Below, piece by piece: positions 48,750 through 61,549 of a DNA stretch of 64,000 nt. Made by a program: the position numbers and the translations under genes. This DNA comes from Raillietiella orientalis (lineage: Eukaryota), in contig JAYWIR010000008.1 of assembly GCA_036172245.1 (NCBI GenBank), forward strand, positions 806,001-870,000, written 5' to 3'. How positions within the stretch are numbered: position 1 is the stretch's first letter; each line of letters starts with the position of its first letter. A model generated the notes under the pieces. The model was not told the DNA's origin, made no database searches, and was given only the letters and a program-made list of their open reading frames with translations.

Positions 48750-51700
48750 GCGTCCCATGTCGGGGTCGGGCTGGCAAGAACTCAGAAAGGGGGAGGGGAG
48801 TGGGAGCTCGGAGCCGCGGGCGACACGCGTGAGGCGGAGGGCAGTGGCGCAGGAAGCGAACCGCAGGACGACTTGGCGAAGAAACTCCGGAAAAGTGGGG
48901 ACCGGGAAGCGGGACCGAGGTCGTTTCCGAGGGGCGAGCTCGCGGCACCTTGAGAAGAGCCTGAATGCTCCGAACTCCCGGATGGTCCAGCAAATGGGAA
49001 GGCGATGGAGCCGAAAGAAATTTCTTCTCCTCGCCAGAGGGGCAAATGCGGCAGGAACGACCGCGCGGGAGGGTCCCCGTTTAGTCTTCCCGGAGAGGTA
49101 AGCCCCGCTTTCGAGGTATGGGAGTGGGGACAAAGGGGAGTCCCGGCTGCTCCCGTTGGACTCCTGGGCGGACGGAACGGTGGAGCTCCTGACGACGGCG
49201 CACCGGGACCCGAGCCCATTCGGTTCCAGGACTGCTCTCTGGAATTCTCTTTCCTTCCCTCTTTTTCCTTTCCGTTCTGCTTCCGTTGCCTTCCTCTGGG
49301 AGGAAGGGAGGGAATCACACCCCGTACGGGTTTCTCCTCTAGCTCCCACCCACCCTCGACTGAGACGCTGCTGCTTCCTCTCCGAGGGAAGAAGCCCCTC
49401 GCCTGGTTCCCAGGCATGAATTTCCGGGATTTGCCCCCCTCCCGGCCGAAAGAAAATTCCAGGAACTTCTCCTTTCCCCCGTAGGAAGGGACATGAAAGG
49501 GAAAGGAAAACTTCCCGCTCGCTCTTCGCTGCCCCGGGACGAACCTGCTTGCGAGTAGCCTAGGCAACCTCGAGCGACCCGGCTCTCAACAGTGGAGTCG
49601 CGCAGCCCTATGAATGGAGCCGGGAGCTTGCGCGCGCCGCTTGGCTGGGGAGGGGGGGGGGGGGGGGGCTTGCGAAGCCCATGGTCTGACCAGCGGAAGG
49701 TGGAGACAGAAAGCCGGCGTGGGGAGGGAGGGAGGTCAAAACAAGACAGGTGGAGAGAAGACGAGTGAGAGGGGGAGGAGGAGGAGAGTGAGAGATGAGT
49801 CAACCTACCGAAAGGTGGAGAACGTTTCGCGTGCTCCCGCGGCAATTGCCCTCTTCGAATGGACGTCGTACGAAAGGTTCCCTCCCACCCCACCTCAGTC
49901 CAAACCCTCTCCTCCGTTCTTCCCACCACCTCAGCTCTTCTTCGCCTCTCTTACACTTCCCCTTCCTTCCCTCCCTTGTAAAACAACGCGGCCCTCTTCC
50001 TTTTGACTTCAGCCTCCCGACATGTGATGTGGCAGCACGAGCGCGGCAGATGGCTCCTCTTCCGCGGACGGGCAAAAATGACCGCGTCCCTGGAGAGGGT
50101 ACTCCACCGGAGATCCACTCATCCTCGAAGGATGACGCGGGAGAGCCGTCAAGGTTGGTCGGCTGCTTGGCCGCGAAGAGGGTGAGGAGAGGAGGGGGAA
50201 AATCCCGCGCCGGGAGCGATGCGGACGAGGAAGGAAAGCGGAACAGCAGCGGTGAGGTCCCTCAATCCCCTTCGGTCTTGCCCAGGGGCTGCTGCCGGTG
50301 GCGCCCCATCGCCAATGTCTTTCTGGGAAGCCACCCGCGGGAGCGGACGGGACGTTTCTGACGGACAGGAAGGAGGGATCGGGTTGTCTCTCGCCCTCTA
50401 GTCGGACGCACGCCCTCTGCCGGCACAGGGGCGAGGGCATCGCGGAGAAGGGAGCTGGGCACGGGATAACGAAGCGGGAATTCGGCGGAAAGGAGCAGCT
50501 CGCAGCAGCCTTCGGAGGCACGGCCAGGGCACACGGGGGGATAGGAAAGGAGGCCCGCACGCTCGGAGGAAGAGTCCCCCTCTCCGACCCCTTCGTGGAG
50601 TAGGGAGGGGGAGAGAGGACAGGAAGCGTCCGCTCCTAGGTCCCGTCGGGCGCGAGGATCTCTGCGAGGTGTACCCACCGCACCCTCACGCATGCACCTC
50701 CGGGCCCGCCGATCCCCGGCGAGGGCAGCCGTTGGGAGAAGCCGCTCTTTCGCTCTCTCCCTCTTCGATTGGCTCCCCATTCACCCCCCTCCCCGGCAAC
50801 GGTTCACTCATGACAGAGGCATCGTCCCTTCCGGTCCTGCCTCCCTTCCGAGAAGCACGGGTAGAGCAAGGAGGGGAAAGACAGGTAGGAAGGGGGGAAG
50901 TGGGAACGACGGATGATCCCCCTCATCGCCAGGCGGAGCGATTCCCCCTGAGTGGACCGACTGAGTTGCCGGGGGCAACCGAGAACGGCACCTGCGTAAG
51001 CGAGTGCGCGCGCCGGGGTTGGTGGAGTCGAAGTCGAGAGGGCGGAGGGGAGAAGCCGCCGCCGATGGCCCCCCCCCCCCCCCGAGGACTCAGAAAAATA
51101 TATAGAGAAAGAAAGGACCGGGTAGTTGTGCTTGCGCACACGTCACCGCAGAGGGGGTGGAGGTGGGGGCGAGGGCGGAGCGGGATAATTGCCTGGACGG
51201 ATCGCTCCCTGCCGGCGCGCCGTCCAGGAGGGGCGGCGCGCAGTCAGGGAGCGTAATTGGGCTTTATTGCTCCGGACGCTGGAAGATTACCGAAAATTGC
51301 CGTCTGGAGACCCCCAGGGGGCGTCCGCGAGGACGCGCGCGTCGGGAGGGGAGCAGCGGCCCGGCACATCCGACCGGCGGGAGCGCCGGTGCCTCCCGAC
51401 CTCGCACATCCTCGTCCGCTGGGATCCCTGAGCCTGGAAGGAAGCTCTCCACCCTCTCGGAAGCAGTTGGAGAGGGGAGGGGGGGAGGAAGCAGGACGCT
51501 TCTTCAGCAGTCGCTACACGGCGCGCGCGACTGGCCGCTGCTCCAGGACCAACACGACGCGGCGGCGACACTGGGAGGAACAGACCGCGGAACCATTCTC
51601 CCTCCCCTGTCCCTCGCATCTTTCGCTTTCCCCGCTTTCCACCACCACCCCCTTCTCATTTCTCGCCCTCCTTTTCGCGCAGGCTCAGGGCGGAGGCAGA

Positions 51701-52650
51701 CAGGTTCGTGCGCGCGCTCCCCGCTGCATCCCATTGGTCGGCGCGAGTGCTCGCGGTCTCCGCCCAAGAGGCTGCCGCGGCTTCCCCCTTCCTTTCTTCC
51801 CTTCCTCTCGCTTCTCTCCCGGGATCGCGAGCGGTCCCGCCCGGCCCTCGCGGAACCGCTGATCGATCGCCCTCGGGACGCCGATCGCGGGCGCCGCGCG
51901 TGCTCCCGTCTCCCCTTTCCCTCCCTTGGAGGGGCAGAGGGGGAGAAGAGGGATGAACGGACCCTCTTGATCGTGCTTCCCCCTCCTCTACCTGGAGGAG
52001 CTCCTGAACTTTACCCTCGTGGGAAAATCCCCCCACACCCCCCTCCTGCGCCCCTCCTTTCGAGGACGCCGTGACGGCCTCATGGGCGCTGCCGCCGCCA
52101 GCCGTTCCCGAGAAAGAACAGAAGCCTCGCGTGGAGAGACCCCGCATCCCCTCTCCCCCGACTTCCGCTCTTCCGCTCTCGTTCGTCCAGCGTCTCCCTT
52201 CTTTTCCGCGTTTCCTCCTTTTTTCCCGGCACAGCGAAGGAGGCGCACGGGAGCGCAGCCTTGCCGATCGCGGCTCTCGGAGGAGCCAAGGAGCCACTTC
52301 CCTCTCTTCCCTTCCCCCTGTCCTCCGCTCCACTGGGGATCCGCAGGTCGTGGCGGTGATGAACTGCTTCAGCTGCCTGGGAGAGAAACGCGCGGCGAGG
52401 GAGAGGAGGATGGGGAGGAGGGGGGGGGGGTGGAAGGGGCTCACAGAGGTTCGAAAGTTCCGGCAGAGGTGTTCCAACGGTCCTCCGTCCTTTCTCCATC
52501 CCACCGTAGCCCCACTGCAAGGGTCGCATTTCCAGTCGTGGACACCGAGAGCCCCCACCCCCCTCAGACTTCCGGAGCAACCGGAACCTAGGATGCAGCA
52601 CCCCAGCAGGATCCCACCGGAGAATCGGGAGATCACGGAGGATCACGATG
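48750..52650 (-). mobile_element. Decayed L1/Tx1-type LINE (ORF1 CCHC vestige, endonuclease, RT)
   Basis: ORF1 knuckle-like GVGALGVHDWKC (~52560). Endonuclease: GWRASF..T, EQ*SPITL (cf. SDH.P). Linker: KHNYPVL..GESLRLAMRG. RT: KGRGPRCFTRE, SIRRGQLP, SRFVPGQR (~49545), NGSSRDSPLSPLPYL (~49155-49112; cf. G.RQG.PLSPL), IREFG. Confidence 0.58.
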
Positions 52651-55190
52651 AGCTCCCTGTTCCTTTCCAGATTCGCTCCTCCTCGCTCCAGGGATGCTCC
52701 CTACCAGCATGAAGCAAGAGCTGAAAGATGAAACCCGAGGGCCGTGTTTGGAAGTTTCCTTTTCTCGCCTTCTCCTCTCCCTTTTCCTTCGCTCGGTCTT
52801 CTGAATTTCCGCGCGGGTGCGCCGGGGCGCTCAGTCTTCTGGAGGGCGTTCCTCAATCTCCGAAGAGCACAGGGAAGAGCAGTCGCAGCCTCGCGCCTTC
52901 CCTGTTGCTGTGGGACGCTTGGCAGAAGGATCCGCCCGCTCCCGTGTCCCCTGGAATCTTCCTGCAGCCCTAGATCTGGTCAGGGCAACGAGGAGGCATC
53001 CCTCCAGTGAGAGGAAGGGGAGCCTCCTGGGAAGGTGCGTCCGAGATCTCACGTCGTCACCAAGCAGCACCGAGGGATCCCCATCCTCTCAGGAGAAACG
53101 CCTCGGTTCCGTGCTGGAAGGAGGGATCGGCTCCCGGATTCTCATCCCTCCCGCCATCCCACCTTCTCCCTTCTCTCCTCCCTCATCGTTTTCTTTCGCC
53201 ACGTGGGAAGCACCTCGGCCGGGGACGCGAAGGGGAAGGGACGGGGCCGATACTGGCGCGAGCTTGCGAAAGTGGACGGAATCCTCGTCTACGAACCGTC
53301 GACTCTCCTCCCGCCGAGCAGCGTTGAGGGAGGGGCCCCGGGGGGGAATAACCCTGCATCGCTCGGCTCGCTCCTCCTCGAAACCAGAAACAAATCGAGA
53401 AGATGAAGGAAGAAAAAAACCCGAACAAACCTCTCGCTTCCGACAGACCGCGGTCCGCGAATTCTGAGCGGTGCCGCCATTACCTGTATTTATAGCTACA
53501 AGCGGGCTATTAATACAACGCGAGGCCTAGGGCACACCATTGTTGGCATGCGCCGACACATATATATATGTGTGCACATGCGCATGCGTCCTGCCATCAG
53601 GGCTCTGCTCTCCCGAGCTGCGCGGACGTCTCTTTGTAATTGTTGCTGACCGAGTTTATTAAATGCATTTCGAGGGAAGATGGATCGAGTAATTACGCTG
53701 ACAGCCGAGAGCACGGGACGGAGGCAGGGTAGGTAGGTGGGGATGGGTTTTCCACTTGCCGTCGGATCGTACCTCATTTCACTGTGCCCGTTCGAATCCA
53801 TCTCCTCCGAGGAATGCTCGCGCGCCCCGATGAGACTCGGCAGCGCCCGCGCGCTTCGCTGATACGAGAGGCGCTGACACCTCCTCGTTATCCGATCCGC
53901 CTGGCGGGCGGGCGGAAACCGAGCCGTGCGACCCCCTGGGACGCAGCTCGGCGGCGCAAACGGGCCGAAAGCGAATCCCGGACAGCGGAAAGCAGAGGAG
54001 CCTCCCTGCGCCCTGCTCGGGGTGGCGCCCCTGACGCCGCGCGCCGAGTCCTGGGGGGAGCTCCTCCCCCTCCCCCCCCACACCAAACATGGGGTTTCCG
54101 CGACGAAAGGGGAAGATGCTCGGGACAGGGGGCCAGACCCTGTTTCCCTCCCTCCCCCCTTCCGGTCCCGACTTGCTCGGCTCCTTGCAGCCGTCCTGAA
54201 CCGTCCGAACGGGAGGGGGGAAGGCTTGCAGCCCGGAACGGGGAGCGGAGAACCGCGGCATCCCTTTCCGCCCCTTCCGCAGACTCTTCCACGAGAGCTT
54301 CCGCTCGATCTCCGTCGACCTGCCCACCCCGTCACGAGACCCGAACGCAACCATCACCACAGGTGGCGCGAGACCCCAACGAGCTCACGGATGGAGATGC
54401 GGGGACGGTCGATCTGGGAGGGGAACGGTGGGCTCCCTCACGCAGCGGGAGCATGGGAACCAACTCTTCTCCCCCTCCACCCGCCAGCTCCTCTCCTCCT
54501 GCTTTCCTGCGACGATTAGCTTGGAACTCCCGGGAAGAACATTCACGACGGGAGGGCGGAGGGATCCAATCATCGGCAAGGAGACTGGGTGCCCGCACAG
54601 ATGATCGCAGTCTGCCTGACCCCTGGCCGACGCGGATTGTCTTTTCGGGGGCACTTTGGAGTCAGCGAGGGTCCCTTCTACCGATCGTGCCCCTCCCTTC
54701 TTCCTCTGCGTCAGTTCGAGGCGGCCCCTAGCGGAGTTTTTTTGTTTGTTTGTTTACAACGCTTTTTCTCAGCACGGGGCGAAAATGGGCATGCAGAGTC
54801 TGCGTGGAGAGGAACTAGCATCGGCCCCACGCGTGTTCCACGAACGTTCTTCCGAACAGAAAGAGGGGCTGTGCCGGTTTCGTAGCAGCCTTTCCTTCAC
54901 CTCTCCCTCTCCCTCCGGAAGACCGTACCGTGATGCCTCCCGAGGGTGCTGACCCCTGAAGCCCCGGAGGAACCGGGACCTCGGGCAGGAGTGACACCGG
55001 AGCACGGGATGCTCTGTGGTTTGGAGCGTATCCCGGAAGCTCTGGACGGTCCCGGAGGGAGGGAGAGCGCAGCCCCGCTCGCGCACCCGCGGAGCTCCTC
55101 CTCCTCCCCTTCGAGGTCCCCCTTTCAGCCTCCGGCTGTGACTGCAATTTTCATCCCTCTCGTGCTTCTTTGCATTTGCGCGCGCGCACG

Positions 55191-55214
55191 AGAGAGAGAG
55201 AGAGAGAGAGAGAG
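55191..55214 (+). repeat. (AG)12 microsatellite preceded by a short (GC)n run
   Basis: Read directly from the sequence. Confidence 0.95.
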
Positions 55215-57413
55215 ACACCCTGAGGCTTTCCGCGTTGGCCTGCCGTGACGCGACTCGGTGGCGCGCTTGGCTTCCCGCTGTCGCCACGGAAGAGGCGTCG
55301 TGGTGGCGGGGGCGCGTCCGAGTCGCGCGGTTCAGCCCCGCGCTGCTGCTCCCCAGACGCGTGACGCGTGACTTTTGCATCCGTTTTTTTTCCCACCCGT
55401 TTCCTCGACGCAGCACCTCTTTGGCTTGCCCCCTCCCCCCCTCCCCTTCTCTCCCCGTCCGAGGAGCGGCGGTACTGCGCTGCGAGCACTGTCATTCCTT
55501 GACGTCATTCCGGCGAGATGCCGCTGGCAGCGCAGTTTGCTTCCTCGGACTCCGGTTGCCAACAGGCGGCGGAACGCCGCCACTCCTCTGACCCTCGTCC
55601 CTGGTGACCACGAGGCCGCGGCCCGCGAACGACGGCTGGACCTCCGACGCGCCCCCGGAAGACAGACGGGAAACGACCTTTACCACTCCCCTGAATCTTC
55701 CCACCTGAGCAAAAACCGGATCCGGGAAGCAGGGAACGAGCAATGAACGCGGGAGCGAAGACGCTCAACTCGTCCCCTTGGTGACGGTTCTTCTTCAGCC
55801 CCCGTTTTTCCTAGACCGAAGATCGGGAAGGGAGCTGGCGGCCCACGTTGTCTGCTGGCTGGAGGCACGAGAGCCTGGATGCGCCTTTGCCCTCAGGTCG
55901 TCGAGCAACCGACTGGGGCTTCCTTCCGGAATTCAGGGAGGCACAAGCTGCGCGTCCCGGTAGGGCCGGAGGCGAAAGCCCAGGGTGGAATCAGGGAAGA
56001 GGAAGGTGAGTGGTAGCCGGGAAGGGACAGCAGCGAGGAAGGCGAATCCCCCTCCTGCCCACAGCTCCAAAGGGAGCTGGAAGGCTCACGTCCAGGGGAA
56101 GCGAGAACGGAGTTCGCGGACCAGGAAAGTCTTCCAGGAAAAGGGAGGACGAGAGGTGGGAGGGACGCGTAGCAGACGGGACGAAGCAAAGGGAGGGAGG
56201 CGATCCCTGGACAGCCCGGATAGGAGGGCTCGAGGAAGAAGGCAATCCTTACGGACCCGGCGTCGGGAGTCGATTCTGCGGTGGCTCGAAGGGCCGCCCT
56301 CGGTGGAGTCGGCTACCTTCTTTTCTCCGCCTCACCAGCGCCAGGGGAGCTCGATCCTTGAGCGTGGCTCCCACCCCCTTCCCTCCCGTTCCTAGGGACG
56401 CGTTTCTTCCTGGCTCTCCGGGAGAGGGGTGCGTCCCCGAAATTTGAAAGGACCGATGATCATGAGCGGAAGACAATTTGGCTGCCTCCCTCTTCCCGGC
56501 AACAGCGACGTCTCCCTCCTCGGAGGTGACTGCGAGGAGAGAGAGAGAGGGGGGGGGGGTCGGCTGCCTTCCCTCGCTGTCCTCTCAGGTCTCCTGTTGT
56601 CGCCTCCACAGTCTGGCGTCCCTCGGCGGGGCTCCCTCCCACCGCCGCTGCCGCCTCTGTAGCCATTCATCCCTTTTATCCCACCCCCCCCTTCCTCCCC
56701 TCTCCCCTCTCCACCGGCACGAGAGAAATCACCTCCTTCCCGTCGTAAATGGAAGGGAGCGATCCCTCTGGAAGGAGGCGGCCTTCCTGCCTAGCGTCGT
56801 CCCCAATTAACTCCGAGTGAGTTGTAAACGAAAAGAAAAGGCGCGAGCGGCGCGACGCCCTGTGCCGTCCGTCCTGCCGCACCGTCCGCTGCTTCGCGCG
56901 CGCGCGCATGCGCTGTTGTCCTCCCTCGGCCTGTCGGCGAGAAGCGTCTCCCCTTCCCCTCCCCCCCGGGGATCGCTTCGCAGGCGCGCGCCAGCCGCCG
57001 TCCCGTTGGGCGGCTGCTCGCGCCGGGCATTCGCGATGCACCCAGGAATTTTTTAATCGGCGGGCTTTTCCCGCAGCGATGGGATAGCGCCGCGTCGGTT
57101 CGGGCCACAGGAAGAGGAGAAGGAGGAGGGGAGGAAAGAAGGCCGCCGTCGACAGAAAGCATCCCACAGACAGCCCCCGAACCTTCCCAATTAAAAGGGA
57201 GTTAGGAGGGGAGGAAGGGGACCCTCTCCGAAAAGACCTGTGACGGCGCCTTGTCCTCCCGACCTTCGGCGTCTCCCGAATGACGCTTCGCCCCCTTCCT
57301 CCCCCGACTCCACCTCGCTCCTGGACGAGGGACCCCGACACCTGACTCCCACTTAGCGGCTTCCAACCCGTAATCTGCCGTCCGCGGTTTCGAACGCGCG
57401 CAAATTCGCCGGC

Positions 57414-57439
57414 CCGCCGCCGCCGCCGCCGCCGCCGCC
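57414..57439 (+). repeat. (CCG)8 microsatellite
   Basis: Read directly from the sequence. Confidence 0.9.
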
Positions 57440-58719
57440 CCAGAGGGCGACGCCGGTCGCGACGACACAAAGAGTGGTTGCTGGTCGCCGCCGCATCCCT
57501 CCTACTCCTTAGGGCTACGTCTCCTCCTCCTGTCCTATTCCCGACTCACTCAACGCCTACTGCCCTTCCGATGCTTCTGGGAGAGCACGCGCGAGGGCGC
57601 TTCGCCTGCGCACGACTCTTTCGCGTGCAGGAAGGAAGGAGGAGCCACCGCGCGCGTCCTTGAATGTCCCCCTTCCCGTGGCCGAGGTGCGGGGTCTCAG
57701 CTTTTCCCCAGTACCCCCTCCCTCCTCCCTTCCAGCAGTCTCTCGTGCTTTCCTTCTTCCCTCCTACGGGAAGTTCGTTGGTTCTCATTGCTGCCCGGAC
57801 CGAGTCCAGGATCCCAACGGGAAGATCCAGGCACAGGGGTTGGTGGAGCTGTGGCAGGAACGGCCTTGGTTCGCTGAAACCCTTTCTCCGAAATCCCGAT
57901 CATCCACCGCTTTCCCTGTTACTCTTTCCAGGGGACCATCGAGTGAAGGCAGGCAAGTCCCGAAATCGCCTCCAGCTCCGCTTTCCCGTTATGGCTCCTC
58001 CTCCTTGGCTTCTCCCCGTTCGAGCTCCCTCCGAGGCAGTCCGCGGCAGACGGGGAAGGGGGAAGGCTCGGAGGAGTGGATTGACCAACCGGATAGGATG
58101 ATCGTTGCTCCCTCCCTCCCTCCCACCCGTCCCGGAGAACGGCGAAGAGGTCCCGGCTGATTCGATACGTAACGAGCTCCCGGAGACGTTTTCCCGTTCC
58201 AGATCCAGTCCGGATTGCTTCCCGGCTATCCCCGGATGCGCTGGGGCATGCGAGCGCATCCAGCGAGCCTGTGCCCCGCCCCCGGCAGGCCGTGTGAATT
58301 CGCGTAGGCCTAGCGCGTACCTGCCGGCGCCTGGTCTCCCCCCACAGGGGACTGCGCAACCCGAACGAGCGCCATCTGCGCACCTAATTGCGACGCACGC
58401 GAAAATCCCTGCTGCCACCTCGGCACACATGGCTGCTCGTGGACGGCACTTACGGAGTTGTGTCTGCTCGAGTTGGTGCGCGCGCACAACGCCAGCGGTG
58501 GCCTAAACGCGCGCCCCCATCCGCGTGACGAAATGCGAGGTCTGCGCATCACGTGTGTGCTCGCGAGCTGCTCGATGTGGAGAAACGGCATTCCGGAAGC
58601 CACAGCGATCCGTCCCGAAAATTCGTCCTGGATCTCCCGCTCTCTCCTCTTCCGTTCCGTCTCGTCTCAGAGTGCCCACAACTTCTCTCGTGCCTCGTCT
58701 CGCTCGAACTCCGGCGACG

Positions 58720-59250
58720 TGGGAAAATTCCTCTAGAAAAGTCGCCGCCTTCCTGCCTGCAGCCTAACGACGCCTTCCCAGCTCGCGCTACTGCACCTCC
58801 GAGATGAAGCGACTCAGCATGCTCAGGAAGCGTGCTGGGCTGAAGAAGGATCCCTCCCCTACTGGTCTCGAGAGCACAACCTCGATGTTTACTTTCGTTC
58901 TCCCGAAGAATTTCCCCTGCAATTCCATTTGCCACAGCACATGGAACAGGTGCCCGTCGAAAGGCAAGATTAATGAGAACAGATATTTCAGCCCTACTTC
59001 GGCCGCCCTCCCTAATCAGCTCAGCTACTGGAGCTCATTTCAATTAGCCGTTCTAAAAAAACCAGAGACTCGGAGGATCTACCAGCAAGAGTTCGGAAAG
59101 TTCCCAGAATGGCTTGGATCATCTCATTGGTCGTCTGTTCCCTGGATCCCCATGGCTCTTCGGAACTCCCAGCCAATCGACTCCTGCAGGCCAGGATGAA
59201 TCATCCGCCTTGGAACTCCCAACATGCTGAAACGGAGCCTTCTTCCGAGA
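58720..59250 (+). mobile_element. Decayed I-group (I/Nimb/Ingi-like) LINE post-RT fragment
   Basis: KRLSMLRKRAGLKKDPSPTGLESTT..FVLP..STW (58804 onward; cf. KRLNIL..LAG..WG....L..TY..FVRP..Y...W), then ATGAHFN*PF in a shifted frame (cf. TGA...TP). Confidence 0.45.
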
Positions 59251-60049
59251 TGGTCCCGAGAATCCCTATGTTTTTTTTTTTCCTTCCCCCCCCCCCCCGT
59301 CCAGGGGGTTTTTCCCGCTGCAGGATTTCTCGGATGAAACGTTTCCAAACAGGCGACTCGGATCACGAAGAGCGGGTAACCACTTCCCATGCCGAATGGT
59401 CTCGGGTCTTATGCGTACCTCTCACGCGTGATCGAAGCCCCCGTGTTTGTGATTCTCGTTTCCTTCGCAGCGCAGTGGCATCGACACGCACAAACATCGG
59501 ACACATAAATATTCTACCACGAGGAGGGGGAAAAAAAAAAAGACTTTCTGCGTGAACTTTATTTTCGAGACCACCCGAAAAAATAATGTTCCCGAAGAGA
59601 TCTATGGCGGCAATTATAAAGGAGAAAACTATCTCTTTTTAGATCCCTGCTGCCCGCTGTTGGTATAGTTAGCGAGGGAACTGAATCCGAAACGCATTTT
59701 ACGTCACGAGAAACCCCAAACCCCCAAAGTGTTGCCCTGAAATTCAATCAGCGATAGATGGCACGGCATCACTAATTTTCGCTGTATGCGCACGGCTGTT
59801 GACAAATATCCGCTGCGCTGCCTGGGAGACGCCTGTAATTAAACCGCGGTCCGCATGCGCGCCATTGTTGACAAACACATCCGGGAGTCCATCTATTAAT
59901 AACCTGCGCGATTGTTGGGGAGGATGGCCGGTGGTGCGCTCGTCTATTAATAGGCCAGAGCGGGTGTGTTTTTCCATCGTCGCCCTTGAGCGGAAGTTTT
60001 CCTCACGAGCCTCAGCCTCGCGTTCCGAACGTGCCTCCGCTGTTTGCTG

Positions 60050-61050
60050 AAAGACCGCACGAGGTTGTGCATCTTCTGCATCTCCGAGGACGGGATGCAG
60101 AGGTCTTCGAGTGAGAGCGTGCAACCCTGACGCACAGAAAAATGAAATTTCAACTGGGGAAGGAAGCCCTTGGAGGGGGGAGGGAGGACCTGATAAACTA
60201 AGGGGACTGCGAAGCTGGTGGCTTCGAACGGACTGAAGAGGTGCCTCAAATGGACGTGGCACGGTCAAACGAATGTCAGCGCCTCGCTGCGAACGACGTG
60301 TCACCCAAAAAAAAAAAAAGTGAAGTGGAATAAAATCGTTTGAAGACGGTGGCAGCCGCGATTTTTGCGTGCGTGTGCAACACCGCGGCACTCGGGATGC
60401 TTGCTTGATACCATTTTTTGTTTTCTTTTTTTCTCCTCAGAACCTTCACGAGTAACGGAGATTTGCTACGGCTTCCGGCACTTGCGTGTCTTTCCGCGCC
60501 TCACCCATTTCTCCGCGGTTGCGAGCCGTTTGCATGTGCTCGTTTCCAAAAGGGGAGAAATCGGAAAAGAAGAGGACAGCTGCGAGTGCGAGGTCGTCCC
60601 TCCTTGGACCCCCAGACCAATGGCGCTCGACGACGACATTTCCGTTTTTCACTCCCTTCCCGGAGAACGGCCTCGACGAAGACGCGCGCACCGCCGCATT
60701 CCTCGAGCAAAGTGGCGGCCCATCGTTCCGAAGGGAAGGCTGTTGGCAGTCGGACACTTTGACCCCATCGAAAGGGGGACGAGGGTGGGTAGGTGGGGCT
60801 GTGGAAGCGGAGTTCTGGCAAAGGAGCTCACCCTTGACGACCGGAGAGGAGAGGAAGGGGACAAGGGGGGGAGGGGAACGGTCCTTGACTGCTCCCGATC
60901 CGCACCGCCTTCTAAAAATACTCTCAGCGCTGGTCATCAGAAGGAGTCGTGCACCGATGCTGGCGCGTGACGCCGCCGAAAGGAGGAGCTCCTTGTTTCC
61001 CCTTAATCCCGGCTCCGGAAAACAAGGATGAACCACGCGATGTGAGTTCG
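60050..61050 (+). mobile_element. Decayed RTE-like LINE apurinic endonuclease region
   Basis: LCIFCISED (cf. DI..ISE), VLVSKR, PWTPRPMAL, VPKGRLLAVGHFDP (~60725-60767; cf. PK....IGDFNA), VGRWGCG (cf. IG.FG.G), SKNT. Confidence 0.5.
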
Positions 61051-61516
61051 CTTCCCCTCCGCTAATCAGGAAACGACGGGATGGTTTTCCCTTTCCCGTC
61101 GTGTCTTCCCCCTCCCCTCCCCTCATGTGTTTGCAAACACTGACGACGTTCCCCCCCCCCTTCCCCCCCGCCTCCGTCCCTCCCTTTGTGACGCGAACTC
61201 TGGGAAGATTCACTCGCACAGCAGCCTGCGGGGCGGGGAGGGCGGGGAAGGAAGCATATCGTAGCAACAGGCGGGATGTTAATAAATTATTATTACACAA
61301 AACATCTGGGGTTTTGTATAAATGGAAGCATACTTTCATTCACTCTCAAGATTTCATTACAAACATATAAAAATCAGGTATTAATGGAATATAAATATGT
61401 AATAAATGAGATGCGGTCGGAGGAGAGGAATTCCGCTCTCGGAACAAGAGCACGGGCTCGGGCGGGCGCAGCAGCCCCAGGGGTGAGCGCACACCACACA
61501 CGGCACGACGCTCGCG

Positions 61517-61517
<1 letters not shown>

Positions 61518-61547
<30 letters not shown>
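61518..61547 (+). repeat. (AC)15 microsatellite
   Basis: Read directly from the sequence. Confidence 0.95.

Positions 61548-61549
<2 letters not shown>

Larger units (their letters stand above)
53850..58200 (+). mobile_element. Decayed CR1/L2-group LINE ORF2 (endonuclease, RT, C-terminus), interrupted at about 56800-57480
   Basis: Endonuclease: FRDERG..GQGA, FGVSE. RT: RLDLRRAPG (~55635), GSWRPTLS, SGIQGGTSC (~55925; cf. HGF..G.SC), SILRWLE, NSDVSLLGGDC (~56500-56533; cf. S.V.LFADD), LLPVVNGRERSL. After the gap: LPMLLGEHA, GLGSLK, LRGSP, DRMIVAPSLPP (cf. RV...WNSLP). Confidence 0.58.
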
